Origin: Macrostomum lignano
Lineage: Eukaryota
Assembly: GCA_002269645.1 (NCBI GenBank)
Contig: NIVC01003840.1
Coordinates: forward strand, 10,389-74,388
Length of the DNA stretch: 64,000 bases
Direction: 5' to 3'
A model generated the notes under the pieces. It ran no database searches. It worked only from the letters and a program-made list of their open reading frames with translations, and was not told where the DNA came from. A program made the translations under genes and the position numbers. How positions within the stretch are numbered: the first letter of the stretch is position 1; each line of letters begins with the position of its first letter. This document shows, one piece after another, positions 26,101 to 39,421 of this stretch.

Positions 26101-26616
26101 CCACTATCATTGCCTCAGATAGCGCCCTTATCATTGCCTCAGATGGCGCCCTTATCATTGCCTCAGATGGCGCCCGTATCATTGCCTCAGAAGGCGTCTA
26201 TTTTTACTCTAGATTAACAAACTCAACGATTCTCCTGCCGCGCAGAATTTCACAATGAAATTCGATTAAATCGATCAGAAAAGAAGATGATGCAAATCTC
26301 CCTAATACATGCATCCCAGCTAATACAGAACAATACAGGCAGAGAGGAATTACAACAGATAATGCAAGCAGTCACAAGAGCTTGCAAGGATCTAGATCTG
26401 ATTACCGGCTCAGAGACAGTCATGAGTTCCATTCTTCCTCACTGGGATTAATGAATTTACTACAGAAAGCAGAGATATTCACATGGCATGTTTGTATTTT
26501 TATTATCATTCTCGTGCAGTGGGGATAAAAATTACCTCTCAGAATAGATTGCAGCTGATGGATTCTAGTCGCTGTACACCCTGTGTGATCGTGTGAATGA
26601 GTGAGTGCCTGCGTGC
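20179..26616. repeat. 24-bp satellite GGCGCCCTTATCATTGCCTCAG(A/G)T with higher-order blocks
   Basis: Arrays at 20268-21703, 21791-22890, 22978-24445 and 24864-26196. A shared ~88-bp header at 20179, 21704 and 22891; a ~420-bp block duplicated at 24446-24863 and 26197-26616. Confidence 0.97.
24525..24700 (+). mobile_element. Possible decayed non-LTR reverse transcriptase fragment (second copy at about 26276-26451)
   Basis: EDDA, then after a frameshift EELQQIMQAVTRACKDLDL..ETVM, resembling the ADD...EELQxLMxxxxxACKxFGL..KTxVM region of RTE/CR1-type RTs. Confidence 0.35.
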
Positions 26617-27258
26617 TCAGGAGTGTGCTCAGGGCTCTGCAGACAGAGATGAGTAAATAGCAGTGAAATTGGTAAATAAAGTTTTTAAAGTCCATGCTAA
26701 ATTGTCCTTGGTTTATGCTCCTAGATATAGCGTCCGAGAATCTCATTAACCATCTAAGGCGGGCCTTTTCGATAAGAGAAATGATTTATTAGCAACCATA
26801 ATAACCAAGCTTTTCTCTCCTCTAGACATTCACGACTTCGCTTTCGTTCTCTCTTTCGCATCTTGGACTCACTGAGGTGTGAGCCTCCTCATTGTTAACC
26901 CCGGCTAACTTGAGATTTTCACCTGTCTCATGGCTTCCTCTTCTGTCATTTCTCGTGTAAGCTGCAGTCAAAAGTATAACAAAGGTTTCAGTGGCCTGAA
27001 GATTTTCCTCTAGACTTTGTTCATTTCACTAGAATGTTTTCATAGGCCAGCTTCTTGTCGTGTTGATGTTGTTCAAGTATTTGACTGTTTAAACTCAGTT
27101 TGATGAGTTTGACAGTTGAGACTGATCAAGCGGACTGTTTGCGGCGCTTTTGTATGGAAGAGGTGTTTCGTTTTCGAGTGAAACCTGGAACTCGGTTTCT
27201 TGAAGTTCAGCTTCGATTATGTCTAACCAGAATTTTGTTTCAGCTGCGGATTCAGTCA

Positions 27259-27740
27259 TCTCTGACTCTCCCTCTCTGACTCTCCTTCTCTGACTCTCCA
27301 TCTCTGGCTCTCCCTCTCTGACACTCCCTCTCTGACTCTCCATCCCTGACTCTCCATTTCTGACTCTTCCTCTCTGACTCTCCATCCCTGACTCTCCCTC
27401 TCTGACTCTCCTTCTCTGACTCTCCATTTCTGACTCTCCCTCCCTGACACTCCCTCTCTGACTCTCCATTTCTGACTCTCCCTCTCTGACTCTCCCTGTC
27501 TGACTCTCCCTCTCTGACTCTCCATCTCTGACTCTCCTTCTCTGACTCTCCATCTCTGGCTCTCCCTCTCTGACACTCCCTCTCTGACTCTCCATTTCTG
27601 ACTCTCCCTCTCTGACTCTCCATCCCTGACTCTCCCTCTCTGACTCTCCTTCTCTGACTCTCCATCTCTGACTCTCCCTCTCTGATTCTCCCTCTCCCAT
27701 CTCGAGTCTTTCAAACTCCCTCTCCGAGTCTCCCCTTATT
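27259..27740. repeat. CT-rich minisatellite (CTCTGACTCTCCCT and variants)
   Basis: Pyrimidine-rich units of about 14 bp. Confidence 0.9.
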
Positions 27741-28195
27741 TCTCAGTACACCTACATCCACTCTATTAATTCCTTAACCAGCCATAAAACTCTCTGTCTG
27801 TCGATTTTAACGTACACAGCAAACTTTCGATTGGAACAAGTCAACCGCATAGAAGCGCACAATAATTAATTGCCGACAGGGGAGAACAAAAAAGGCTACA
27901 GATGGCATCAATGGCATTGATTTCGCTTATGAGATCATTTAGATGGTAACAACACGGAGACTAAGGCGGCCTCATAATGAACAATACCTGCAATTTCTCG
28001 GTCCATCAACGCTGGGGACAATTAGTACTGTGCTGTCATGAATACTGTGACACAATTAGACGTGCAAGGAATGAAGCCCATCAAAATCGGTTTATCAATT
28101 TATTTGCTCCTTCAAGCACTGAGAGGAGGCTTCCATCTGTTCAGTGTAAACTTTTTTGTCTGTCTTATAAAGTGCGCTGTCTACGGGCCTCTTGC

Positions 28196-28410
28196 TGGCG
28201 CCCCTGGTGCTGGCGCCTCTGGTGCTGGCGACCCTGGTGCTGGCGCCCCTTGGTGCTGGCGCCCCTTGGTGCTGGCGCCCCTTGGTGCTGGCGCCCCTGG
28301 TGCTGGCGCCTCTGGTGCTGACGCTCTGGTGCTGGCGCCCCTGGTGCTGGCGCCCCTTGGTTCTGGCGCCCCTGGTGCTGGCGCCCCTTGGTTCTGGCGC
28401 CCCTGGTGCT
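28196..28410. repeat. 15/16-bp GC-rich minisatellite GGCGCCCCT(T)GGTGCT
   Basis: About 14 copies. Confidence 0.9.
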
Positions 28411-28906
28411 AAAGCCCCCTCACTCAAAAAAGTGTTGGTATCCGAGTTCATGACATTCACTGTTAGAAAAAGCGCAAACAAACGGGACACAAAAATTATC
28501 TCCTAATTCACCAAAGCAACATACTCAAAAGAAACAATTTTTAAACCAACCGCTAAAAGCGGTTCCTGCCTTCGCAACTGCTTCGGCTCGCTAGGCAGGA
28601 ATTGAATTTAAAAGCCAATTAAAGAGAAGAAAGAGAGACCGAGAAAGGCGGTAAGTGTTGCTTTGATTACTGATGCAGAACACTTTTTGCCTGGAGGAGG
28701 CGGCAGGTCAATTTCCTGGCAACTGACTTGATGCTTTTGGCGCAGACTCTCTGGCAGACTTTATTCAGGCACTGCAGTGCCGGCAATCAGGCTTGAAAGC
28801 TTTGGGTGAAATCTGCTAAGCATTGACAATGGAGTCTCATTGTGATAAACTAAATTAATTTAGTGAAACGTAAATGACTCAGTCAGTCAATCAACTAAGA
28901 TACTCC

Positions 28907-29571
<665 letters not shown>

Positions 29572-30077
29572 ACTAAAGTATTCTAGCTGGAGTTGGCAAT
29601 GAGAAGACAAGATCTGAGAGTCTGGTAGCTGCAGATGACACTGACCGGGTCGATGCTGACGGCACAGTGTTAACAGAACGCGAGAGAGGAGCTCAGGAAG
29701 AGAGGAGAGCAGGCAGTGCTCGGATCAATGGCGAATGCGAGGGAGAACGGGAGTGGTAGAAGTGAAGTCGCGGGAGTGCCCGGACTTGTTGTCAATGCAG
29801 CTGATCGATGGCTTTCACTTTGAACGCGAGTAACAGGCCAAGCCGGGGAGCTGTTGGAGTTCGTGCAGAGATAACGGGGACTTAGAAGCTGGTGAAGCGA
29901 GAGTATAAATAACTATATATAGAAGTTCAGAGACAGAAAGTTTTAGTAGACAGTTCTGGAGTAGTTACACAAATTCAGATATTTGTTTGCACTTCTAGAT
30001 AGAAGCAATATGATATGTCTGCTAGCGTTCCTGTAGTATCAAAAACATTGTCAGAAATGTATTTATGCATGTAGCAT

Positions 30078-30720
30078 TTCTGTCTAACAGATAGATAATC
30101 TCACTGTCTAACAGGTAGATAATCTCACTGTCTATCAGGTTGATAATCTCACTGTCTAACAGGTAGATAATCTCACTGTCTAACAGGTAGATAATCTCAC
30201 TGTCTAACAGGTAGATAATCTCACCGTCTAACAGGTAGATAATCTCACTGTCTAGCAGGTAGATAATCTTACTATCTAACAGGTATATAATCTCACTGTC
30301 TAGCAAGTAGATAATCTCACTGTCTAACAGGTAGATCATCTCACTGTCTAACAGGTAGATAATCTCACTGTCTAACAGGTTGATAATCTCACTGTCTAAC
30401 AGGTAGATAATCTTACTATCTAACAGGTATATAATCTCACTATCTAGCAAGTAGATAATCTCACTGTCTAACAGGTGGATAATCTCACTGTCTAACAGTT
30501 AGATACTCTTACTGTCTAACAGGTGGATAATTTCACTGACTGACAGGTAGATAATCTCACTGTCTAACAGTTAGATACTCTCATTGTCTAACAGGTGGAT
30601 AATCTCACTGACTGACAGGTAGATACTCTCACTGTCTAGCAGTTAGATACTCTCATTGTCTAACAGGTGGATAATCTCACTGACTGACAGGTAGATACTC
30701 TCACTGTCTAGCAGGTAGAT
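30078..30720. repeat. 24-bp minisatellite TCTAACAGGTAGATAATCTCACTG
   Basis: About 27 copies. Confidence 0.95.
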
Positions 30721-31452
30721 TCAGAATCCCTTCCAACAGGTAGACAGTGACGGAGGGTCGACAATGCCATGTTCCATCCGTGACTCAAAGTACAAAAACA
30801 CCACTTGATTAAAAAAACCACCGTCCTTTCATCTGCATCTTTCTTTGAACGCGGCTTTCAAGCCAGAGGCAGATCTGATGAACTGGAAGGCCCAGAGATA
30901 GTGGATTCGCTCAGGCAGAAAGATTTTCGACTTAATTAAGACCGCGCGGGTCCGCTACCCACGGACCAATGATTGAGAATCTTTGCTGAACCCATACTAG
31001 TGCTGTGCTATAAAAACTGTAGGTTTGCACCGCATATTACAGTTTCGTGGGGAGGGAGAGGGGTTAGAAACGCGAGCCGGAACTGCAAAAATGAGCAGAG
31101 CGAGTCGAGACTTTACCGAGCTACAGGACGGTCAAGCAGCTCCTACTAAAGGTTGGTTAGCTACTCCTGGCTTCTGTTCGAAGCTTTGGATTGTGAAATG
31201 GCTGGTGGTCACGCGATCGAAGCTCTTCAGCCGGCAGACAAGGGGATGCCGAGGCCAGTGAACGGTTCATTGATTTCTGGCCTCCTGGAATCGAGAGAAA
31301 AATACGACTGGTGGTCACGAAGAGAGGTGAAACGATAGAGTCGGATTTCGGAAATCAGTGATTAGGGGCCTTATTGGAAGTCCTTTGAAAGCTTCTCGCC
31401 ATTGTTGAAGGTTTTTGTGGACGCATAAAACAAAGATCTGCATTCGAGAAAG

Positions 31453-31907
31453 CAGGGGCGTCCCTTGGATTTTATGTTGGGGGGGGGGACAAAGCCACGA
31501 ATTTGACCTCTACATGCATATTATTGTCAGAATTGGTGCTGTCAGCGCTCATTTTGGCGCCGCAGACACTCATTTCGGCGCTGCAGACACTCATTTTGGC
31601 GCTGCAGACACTCATTTTGGCGCCGCAGGCACTCGTTTTGGCTCCGCAGGCACTCATTTCGGCGCCGCAGACACTTGTTTTGGCGCCGCAGACGCTCATT
31701 TTGGCGCCGCAGACACTCATTTTGGCTCCGCAGACACTCATTTTGGCGCCGCAGGCGCTATGTATTGTCGCTCTGAAGCAAAATATTTATTTACAGTTGG
31801 TCACAAGGTTGGTGGGGGGAAAGACAAAGCATTGGAGTGTCCCAGCATAGCTTTTACTGGGGGGGGGGGGGACATGTCCCCCTGTCCCCCCAGTGGCGAC
31901 GCCCCTG
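31453..31907. mobile_element. hAT-type MITE with an internal 21-bp tandem repeat
   Basis: TIRs CAGGGGCGTC/GACGCCCCTG; 8-bp flanks CGAGAAAG/AGGGAAAG (6/8, consistent with a hAT TSD); about 10 copies of TTTTGGCGCCGCAGACACTCA at 31546-31759. Confidence 0.75.
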
Positions 31908-32463
31908 AGGGAAAGAATTGGCACAGAATCGGGATGCGGTTATAAAAAGATGATTAAAATTTGTCATACTACAGAAAATCGAACGCAATCTTTATTCATC
32001 CGTAAGTTATATTCGCGATCAGACTGGTTGAGAAGTTATTTAATGTATAATTACATATAGATCAGTCGTTGGTCTCGTTAGCTGTATGGATGTCAAATCC
32101 AGTCTAAACCTCCCCCCCCGATCCCCAAACCCGTTCGCATTTGATGAGAGAGCCAACCGGTTATTAGAGCCTTCCTTAGCAACCTGCCTGCCAACCGGAC
32201 CATCAAGCCATTTCCGTATTGGCGACTTACGCAGCGGATCAAGTTTTATATTATGCATATATGCTCGCGATTCATGCCTGTTCTGTTCGGTGGAGTAATG
32301 CGTTCAGATGAGATTGTTAGCTATAAGTGCAGGGACCTGGTGGGCTACGGACTGCATCTAGCAAAATTAATGCGCTTTGGATATCACTCGGATGGAGACT
32401 TGCTCAAAAACTCAGTTCTCTATCATGGCGTGAGTCTATCATGAATGTCCGAGAATGTACTTG

Positions 32464-32695
32464 GTAAACACCTCAGATGATGTCTTAATAGACCTTTATA
32501 AACACCTCTAGTGGTGTTTCAATAGTTTTGATTAAACACTTCACATATTTCTATATAAAAACCTCAGATGAGGTTTCAATAGTCCCAGATAAACACATCA
32601 GATGATGTTTCAATAGTTCTAGATAAACACCTCAGATGATGTTTCAATAGTTCTAGATAAACACCTCAGATGATGTTTCAATAGTCCTAGATAAA
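32464..32695. repeat. 34-bp minisatellite TAAACACCTCAGATGATGTTTCAATAGTTCTAGA
   Basis: About 7 copies, degenerate on the left. Confidence 0.85.
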
Positions 32696-33881
32696 CGTAC
32701 AAAACGGGATTGTGAAGTGTCTCAGTTGAATGCTATGTGGTAGTTGAAGAGACTCAGATTAAACAAACTGAAAAACTTAGATTAATGCTTAGATAAATAA
32801 CTCAATGCGAGCTAAATGCCCTTGGGAGGGGGCACTGATGAGGGCTCGTGTAGTTGGGAAAAAGCCTGCTGTGAAAGCGGATTCAATCGGGTATCCATAG
32901 TCACAAAGCAGCTAAAGCCTCGAAGGCTGAGATGCACCAATTAGCGATGTTTCTGCACAAACTATCTGTGCTAATCACTCTCTCAACCGGAAAGCTATTG
33001 GCTGATACAGTTAAGTCACGCTAAGAACCTGCTGGTGACATCAAATGAATGTCCACTCGCACACACGCACAGTAGCGAAGCCGGTATGAGTAATCAAAGA
33101 CTTATCCTCAGAAAGAACCAGCGTCTTGTCCTACTCGCTGTGTCTCTGTGGATTAGCCCAGGACTTTAATGAGGTGTTCTGAAGTTGCCCAGTAGACGGA
33201 AGTGCTCAAGAAAGGCTTGCAAGCCACGCACTACTTCTTCAACGCTCCTGAAGCTCTCGGGAGGCTGTAGTTGAGAAATGTCAGGCTATAGAGACCCTCC
33301 AGGGAGGGCGCATCAGGCAAAGACAGGAGGGTGCTGGAGGGAAAGGCAGGAGAGAGAGAAATAGAATGCTTGTCAGTGCCCGCCGTGTTTCTGTCTATCA
33401 GTCTCAACTCGTCTCTCCGTGGACACTGGAGCCGCGGGCGAATTCTGGGCCAACCCAATGGACTGAGCAGGACGAATTCGAAACAAGATACCGAATAGTT
33501 GAAGGCCCATCGCCTTGGCACCCGATGACACCGCGAGGTCTTTATTTAGGCTTTCTCTTTGGCGTCCCTCGGCCCGGACAGTCCCAGTTTTCGCCCCCGC
33601 AATGCCTGAGAGCACAAGCCCCAACAACATTTCTCTCTCTCTCTCTCTCTCTCTCTCTAACTCTGTCCAGTCAATTTTGAGTTTGAAGGCTCAATTACCT
33701 ATAGGTTGATTCTGTCCAAAACCATTCGCCTCAAGACGTATTAGTCTCCTGTAAACTGTGCATAAGCTCTAAACCTCTGCACCAATACTTACTGGTAAAG
33801 TAGTATTTACATGCATTCGTAAGCTGTACTTTTTGTACTTTTGAATCGATAGATAACTGGGCCAACGTTCACAAATTTTAG

Positions 33882-35329
33882 GAAATATCGCAAAAATTCC
33901 ACGCAGCGTCTGTCTGGTCTGGTACAGCCTGGACGTCTTCTTCACCGCGTCCACCATCATTCACCTGTGCACCATATCGATTGATCGCTACTTTGCGCTA
34001 AACAATCCGTTGAAATATCACCGACAGAAGCGCAAGTCAGCTCTAGTAGTGAAGATTGTTTGCACCTGGCTGATACCGTTCTCCATTGCTGGACCGCTGT
34101 TCGCTTTCGCGCTGTGGCTGGACACGGCAGACGAAGACTCGTTCAAAGGCTGCGGGCCGCACAATGCCTACTTCATCATTACGGCAACGGTTGTGACTTT
34201 CTTTCTACCCCTGTTAATCATGACCGTGACCTACGTGCTCACCGTGAGCACTATAGTCAGGCAGACTAAGAACGCACGCGATCTCAACGCCTCTCTGCTG
34301 CCGCTGGTGGTGCGGCCCAGCGCCCAAGCGTTCGGCTTGAATCGCGGCGGCCCCGGAGGCGCTGGCGGTCGCAAGAGCACCGGCCTGCTCAGCAGTCCAT
34401 TCTTCAGCAGGCAGTCGTCGGGCCTCAGCAACATGCTGCGCTCCAACCAGCAAAACAACTCACCGATGCCGCTGCGAGCTCGAAAATCGGCAGCTTCATC
34501 CTCAGCCGAAGCGGCGGCGGCGGCGGCCGCTGCAAGTCCAAGTCGTCAGCGGCTTCTTCCGCCAGAGTCGCCAGTGCCCGTGGCGTCAGTCAGGTGTCGC
34601 CGGTCATATTCGCCGTCGACGCTTCTAGAGCCGCCGCAGAATGCGTCGCCGTCGCGGCAGCTGTCATCGTCTGGTGACGTTGACGACTCCAGCGGTGGTG
34701 GCAGCGGCGGGATGGTGCGGCTGCTGCGGGTGCCCAGCAGGGTGTCCGTCTCCTCCGTGTACTCTGACGATGGCATGCTGCCGTCATCGCCCTCGCCAGA
34801 CCGGCGGCGCAACGACAGCATCTCCAGCGGACAAGGCGGCGACGGCGGCGGCGCTGAAGGCGGATGCGCCGATCACGGCAACGGGGAGAACTGCACCGAC
34901 GGGACCTGCGGCGGAGTGGCTGACAAGAAGCTGAGCTTCACTTTGGTCACGCAAAACGCTAAACGGACATTCAAGCCGACCACGAGCAGCGAGCAGAAGA
35001 AGCGCATGGACTACATCCATCGCGGCTCGAAAGCCGTGCAAGTCCTCGGCATTCTCTTCGGCCTGTTCGTCGCCTGCTACCTGCCGTTCTTCATCACCTA
35101 TCTGATCGACTACTTCTGCCTGGCCTGCCGTTTCGTGACGTCAACCATGGTGCCCATTCTCGAATGGGTGGCCTACAGCGCATCCATGCTGAACCCGATT
35201 GTGTACCACTTTTTCAATCCGACATTTCGCAAAACTTTCCACCGGCTGATGCGCTGTCAGTGCCAGCGCTACGGCTCCGTCAAGCGGCCCAACTACGTGT
35301 TCAGCTACAAGATTGGGAGGCCGACTTAA
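33882..35329 (+). CDS. 5-HT2-like aminergic GPCR, coding exon 2 (TM3-TM7); 567 aa in total
   Basis: Phase-1 acceptor TTTTAG at 33881; 256+1448 nt = 568 codons. WYSLDVFFTASTIIHLCTISIDRY (amine-binding Asp and DRY), TM5 TFFLPLLIMTVTY, TM6 KAVQVLGILFGLFV, TM7 NPIVY. The motifs best match 5-HT2 receptors as I recall them; ligand identity is unproven. Confidence 0.9.
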
Positions 35330-35583
35330 ACTAATCCCATGGACAGCTGAAGTACAAGGACGCTGCACTTGCGAATCAGTTGTAACTCTCGCTTTAGGCA
35401 GGTTTTCGTTGCAAAATGCATTGGCGTGGCAGAAAGTTTTACACTACAGCTAGGAGAGACAGAAACAGCTGATATTTCACCGGAACTTTGCTTGCTTGCC
35501 GCGGTCTCCGGTTGCAGCAGCTCAGGAAAAATACCTTGCTTGCTTCATCTAGAAGGAAGTCTAGAAGGTTAGACGTTTGGAAT

Positions 35584-36150
35584 TTAGCTTACTGGGGGAA
35601 TTGCTGAGATGTCAAGGCTTACTGGGGGAATTGCTGAGATGTCAAGGCTTACTGGGGGAATTGCTGAGATGTCAAGGCTTACTGGGGGAATTGCTGAGAT
35701 GTCAAGGCTTACTGGGGGAATTGCTGAGATGTCAAGGCTTACTGGGGGAGTTGCTGAGATGTCAAGGCTTACTGGGGGAGTTGCTGAGATGTCAAGGCTT
35801 ACTGGGGGAATTGCTGAGATGTCAAGGCTTACTGGGGGAATTGCAGAGATGTCAAGGCTTACTGGGGGAATTGCTGAGATGTCAAGGCTTACTGGGGGAA
35901 TTGCTGATGTCAAGGCAATTACTGTGGGTATTGCTGAGATGTCAATTGGCTTACTGGGGGAATTGCTGAGATGTCAAGGCTTATTGGGAGAATTGCTGAG
36001 ATGTCAAGGCTTACTGGGGGAATTGCTATGATGTCAAGGCTTACTGGGGGAATTACTGAGATGTCAAGGCTTACTGGGGGAATTGCTGATGTCAAGGCAA
36101 TTACTGTGGGTATTGCTGAGATGTCAAGGCTTACTGGGGCAGTTGCTGAG
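35584..36150. repeat. 30-bp minisatellite GGCTTACTGGGGGAATTGCTGAGATGTCAA
   Basis: About 19 copies, 255 bp after the GPCR stop. Confidence 0.96.
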
Positions 36151-36984
36151 ATGTCAAACTACTGTTTCGGTAAACTATTTATTTTATTAACTAAATGCGA
36201 TAGTTGAAAAATGATTAATTTTGATATTGCGTTTTTTGTAAATCTGTAGCCATTTTCATTGTTTTTAAATTGGACGGCGCATATCATATCGTCTTAGCAT
36301 ATCCAATGTCTCCTGTGAAAATGTTCAGATGTTCGTTAAAAAGTATTTTTTTAATGATGAATCGTATAAGAAGTAATTTGCATACTAATAGTAGTCTAAC
36401 GTTTGAATGGATACATAATTCTAATTTATATAGTGCGTATAATATCGTTAATCTAATCTACAAATCGAAAAATGCAGCGATTCAATTATTCATTGCAAAA
36501 TAACAAATCGCATGCAAATAAATTTAAGTAAACATCTTCTATCCATTTGATGTTGTTTATAACCAGGTGACATACAAAAATGTGTTATTTTTCAAGTACT
36601 TGTGCACTTGTCGTCAAGATTGGAGCTGTTGTTCTTAAATACATCCTCAATGTCGTTGCGTTCGTGACTTTTGTAAAAAAATTAAATTGTAAATTCGTTT
36701 TGCGCAAGCGGGTGATTAATAAAATATGAGAAGGTTGAACTGAGAACCGACCGGCTCGAGTGTACATTCTTTATTAAATGACAACTACTTGAAACAATAC
36801 GAGTATTATACAAAAATAAATTCAGATTCACGAGTATATTTGAGCAAAGTGACAACGAATGTACAGCATAGTACTACTGTTATTTGGAGCAAAACAGCTA
36901 TTTTTAAAGTAAATTTGCAAAACTAAATTTACTGTCGAAAGCCTGTCGTTAAAAAGGTTATAAAACACCATTTTTGGGTCATAT

Positions 36985-38165
36985 TTGCGGCGATTTTTAG
37001 GTCAGATCAGGGGCGATTCTTAGGTCAGAACAATCACGATTTTTAGGTCAGATTAAGGGCGATTCTCAGGTCAGATCAAGGGCGATTCTCAGGTCAGATT
37101 AAAAGCGGATTTTAGGTCAGATCAAGGGAGATTCTTAGGTCAGATCAGGGAAGATTCTTAGGCCCGATCAGGGGAGATTCTTAGGTCAGATCAGGGAAGA
37201 TTCTTAGGTCAGATCAGGGAAGATTCTTAGGTCAGATCAAGGGAGATTCTTAGGTCAGATCAGGGAAGATTCTTAGGTCAGATCAGGGAAGATTCTTAGG
37301 TCAGATCAGGGAAGATTCTTAGGTCAGATGAAGAGCGATTTTTAGGTCAGATCAAGGGCGATTCTTAGGTCAGATCAGGGAAGATTCTTAGGTCAGATCA
37401 GGGAAGATTCTTAGGTCAGATGAAGAGCGATTCTTAGGTCAGATGAGGAGCGATTTTTAGGTCAGAACAATCACGATTCTTAGGTCAGACCAAGGGCGAT
37501 TCTCAGGTCAGATTAAAAGCGGATTTTAGGTCAGATCAAGGGAGATTCTTAGGTCAGATCAGGGAAGATTCTTAGGTCAGATCAGGGAAGATTCTTAGGT
37601 CAGATCAGGGAAGATTCTTAGGTCAGATCAGGGGAGATTCTTAGGTCAGATCAGGGAAGTTTCTAAGGTCAGATCAAGGGAGATTCTTAGGTCAGATCAG
37701 GGAAGATTCTTAGGTCAGATCAGGGAAGATTCTTAGGTCAGATCAGGGAAGATTCTTAGGTCAGATGAAGAGCGATTCTTAGGTCAGATGAGGAGCGATT
37801 TTTAGGTCAGATCAAGGGCGATTCTCAGGTCAGATTAAAAGCGGATTTTAGGTCAGATCAAGGGAGATTCTTAGGTCAGATCAGGGAAGATTCTTAGGTC
37901 AGATCAGGGAAGATTCTTAGGTCAGATCAGGGAAGATTCTTAGGTCAGATCAAGGGAGATTCTTAGGTCAGATCAGGGAAGATTCTTAGGTCAGATCAAG
38001 GGAGATTCTTAGGTCAGATCAGGGAAGATTCTTAGGTCAGATCAGGGAAGATTCTTAGGTCAGATGAAGAGCGATTTTTAGGTCAGATCAAGGGCGATTC
38101 TAGGGTCAGATCAAGGGCGATTCCTAAGTCGGATCAAAAGCGGTTCTTAGGTCAGATCAGGGGCA
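36985..38165. repeat. 23-bp satellite AGGTCAGATCAGGGAAGATTCTT
   Basis: About 50 copies with variant sub-blocks. Confidence 0.96.
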
Positions 38166-38737
38166 TTCGTTAGAACAGTTCCAAGGCAATTTGAATTGAG
38201 TCATGGGTCAGATCGGGTTCGAGTCACTGCCATATCCTTGGATAGCGAGGCCGGATAAGCAAACAAACAAATAAAAGCAAACTCGGTTTTACAACTAAAA
38301 GAAACGAATGAAGCGCAGTTGAAAATGCATCAATAGACTCATGTCAAGTTATGGAAGAAGTTTTTAATTAGATTTGAAAGCAAAGCAACGGTTAAATGTA
38401 ATTCATTCATAGCACCAAGTTATTTAAAAGTACTGTTAGAAAAAAAAACTTTACAAAAATAAAATTCTGTATTAACTAAGCGTACTAAAAAACACATAAG
38501 TTCAGCTTGCGACACTACATGTATAAGAATTCATATAGAAAATTTGCATTACTACCAAAGAAACCGGATACACAGGTAAATGGTGAGCTTAACCAAAAGT
38601 TTACGCAATTTAATTAACACCGGAATATTTGTGATTCGTGATTAAACAAAAAACTGTTTTGTATTAATAGGAAATGCAAAGTTTCAAATTGAATTATTGT
38701 TTAATAAGCTTTCTTGGCTGGGTCTGATCATCACTGT

Positions 38738-39337
38738 TTAGGGACGATTCTCAGGTGAGATCAGGGACGATTCTCAGGTGAGTCCAGGGACGATTCTCAG
38801 GTGAGTTCAGGGACGATTTTCAGGTGAGTTCAGGGACGATTCTCAGGTGAGATCAGGGACGATTCTCAGGTGAGATCAGGGACGATTCTCAGGTGATTTC
38901 AGGGACGATTCTCAGGTGATTTCAGGGACGATTCTCAGGTGAGATCAGGGACGATTCTCAGGTGAGTTCAGGTACGATTCTCAGGTGAGATCAGGGACGA
39001 TTCTCAGGTGAGTTCAGGGACGATTCTCAGGTGAGATCAGGGACGATTCTCAGGTGAGATCAGGGACGATTCTCAGGTGAGATCAGGGACGATTCTCAGG
39101 TGAGTTCAGGGACGATTCTCAGGTGAGATCAGGGACGATTCTCAGGTGAGTTCAGGGGTGATTCTCAGGTGAGATCAGGGACGATTCTCAGGTGAGTTCA
39201 GGGACGATTCTCAGGTGAGATCAGGGACGATTCTCAGGTGAGTTCAGGGACGATTCTCAGGTGAGTTCAGGGACGATTCTCAGGTGAGTTCAGGGACGAT
39301 TCTCAGGTGAGTTCAGGGACGATTCTCAGGTGAGTTA
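38738..39337. repeat. 23-bp satellite AGGTGAG(A/T)TCAGGGACGATTCTC
   Basis: About 26 copies. Confidence 0.96.
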
Positions 39338-39421
39338 CATGATGTTTATCCAAAAATTCTCAGAGCAGTTCAGGTGCCCATTTTGGTGATAGTCCAGGGA
39401 AGATACCTCGAATACTTGCAA

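Noticed and set aside
20094-26182. Long ORFs (up to 537 aa) of ASGGALII, MIRAPSEA, PQVAPLSL and WRPYHCLR repeats
   Set aside because: These are translations of a 24-bp satellite that is open in several frames on both strands, lies in an intron and has no unique domain.
27095-27258. Protein-like antisense stretch (TESAAETKFWLDIIEAEL) in the GPCR intron
   Set aside because: Short, fused to a CT-rich repeat, followed by stops, and not recognisable as any family.
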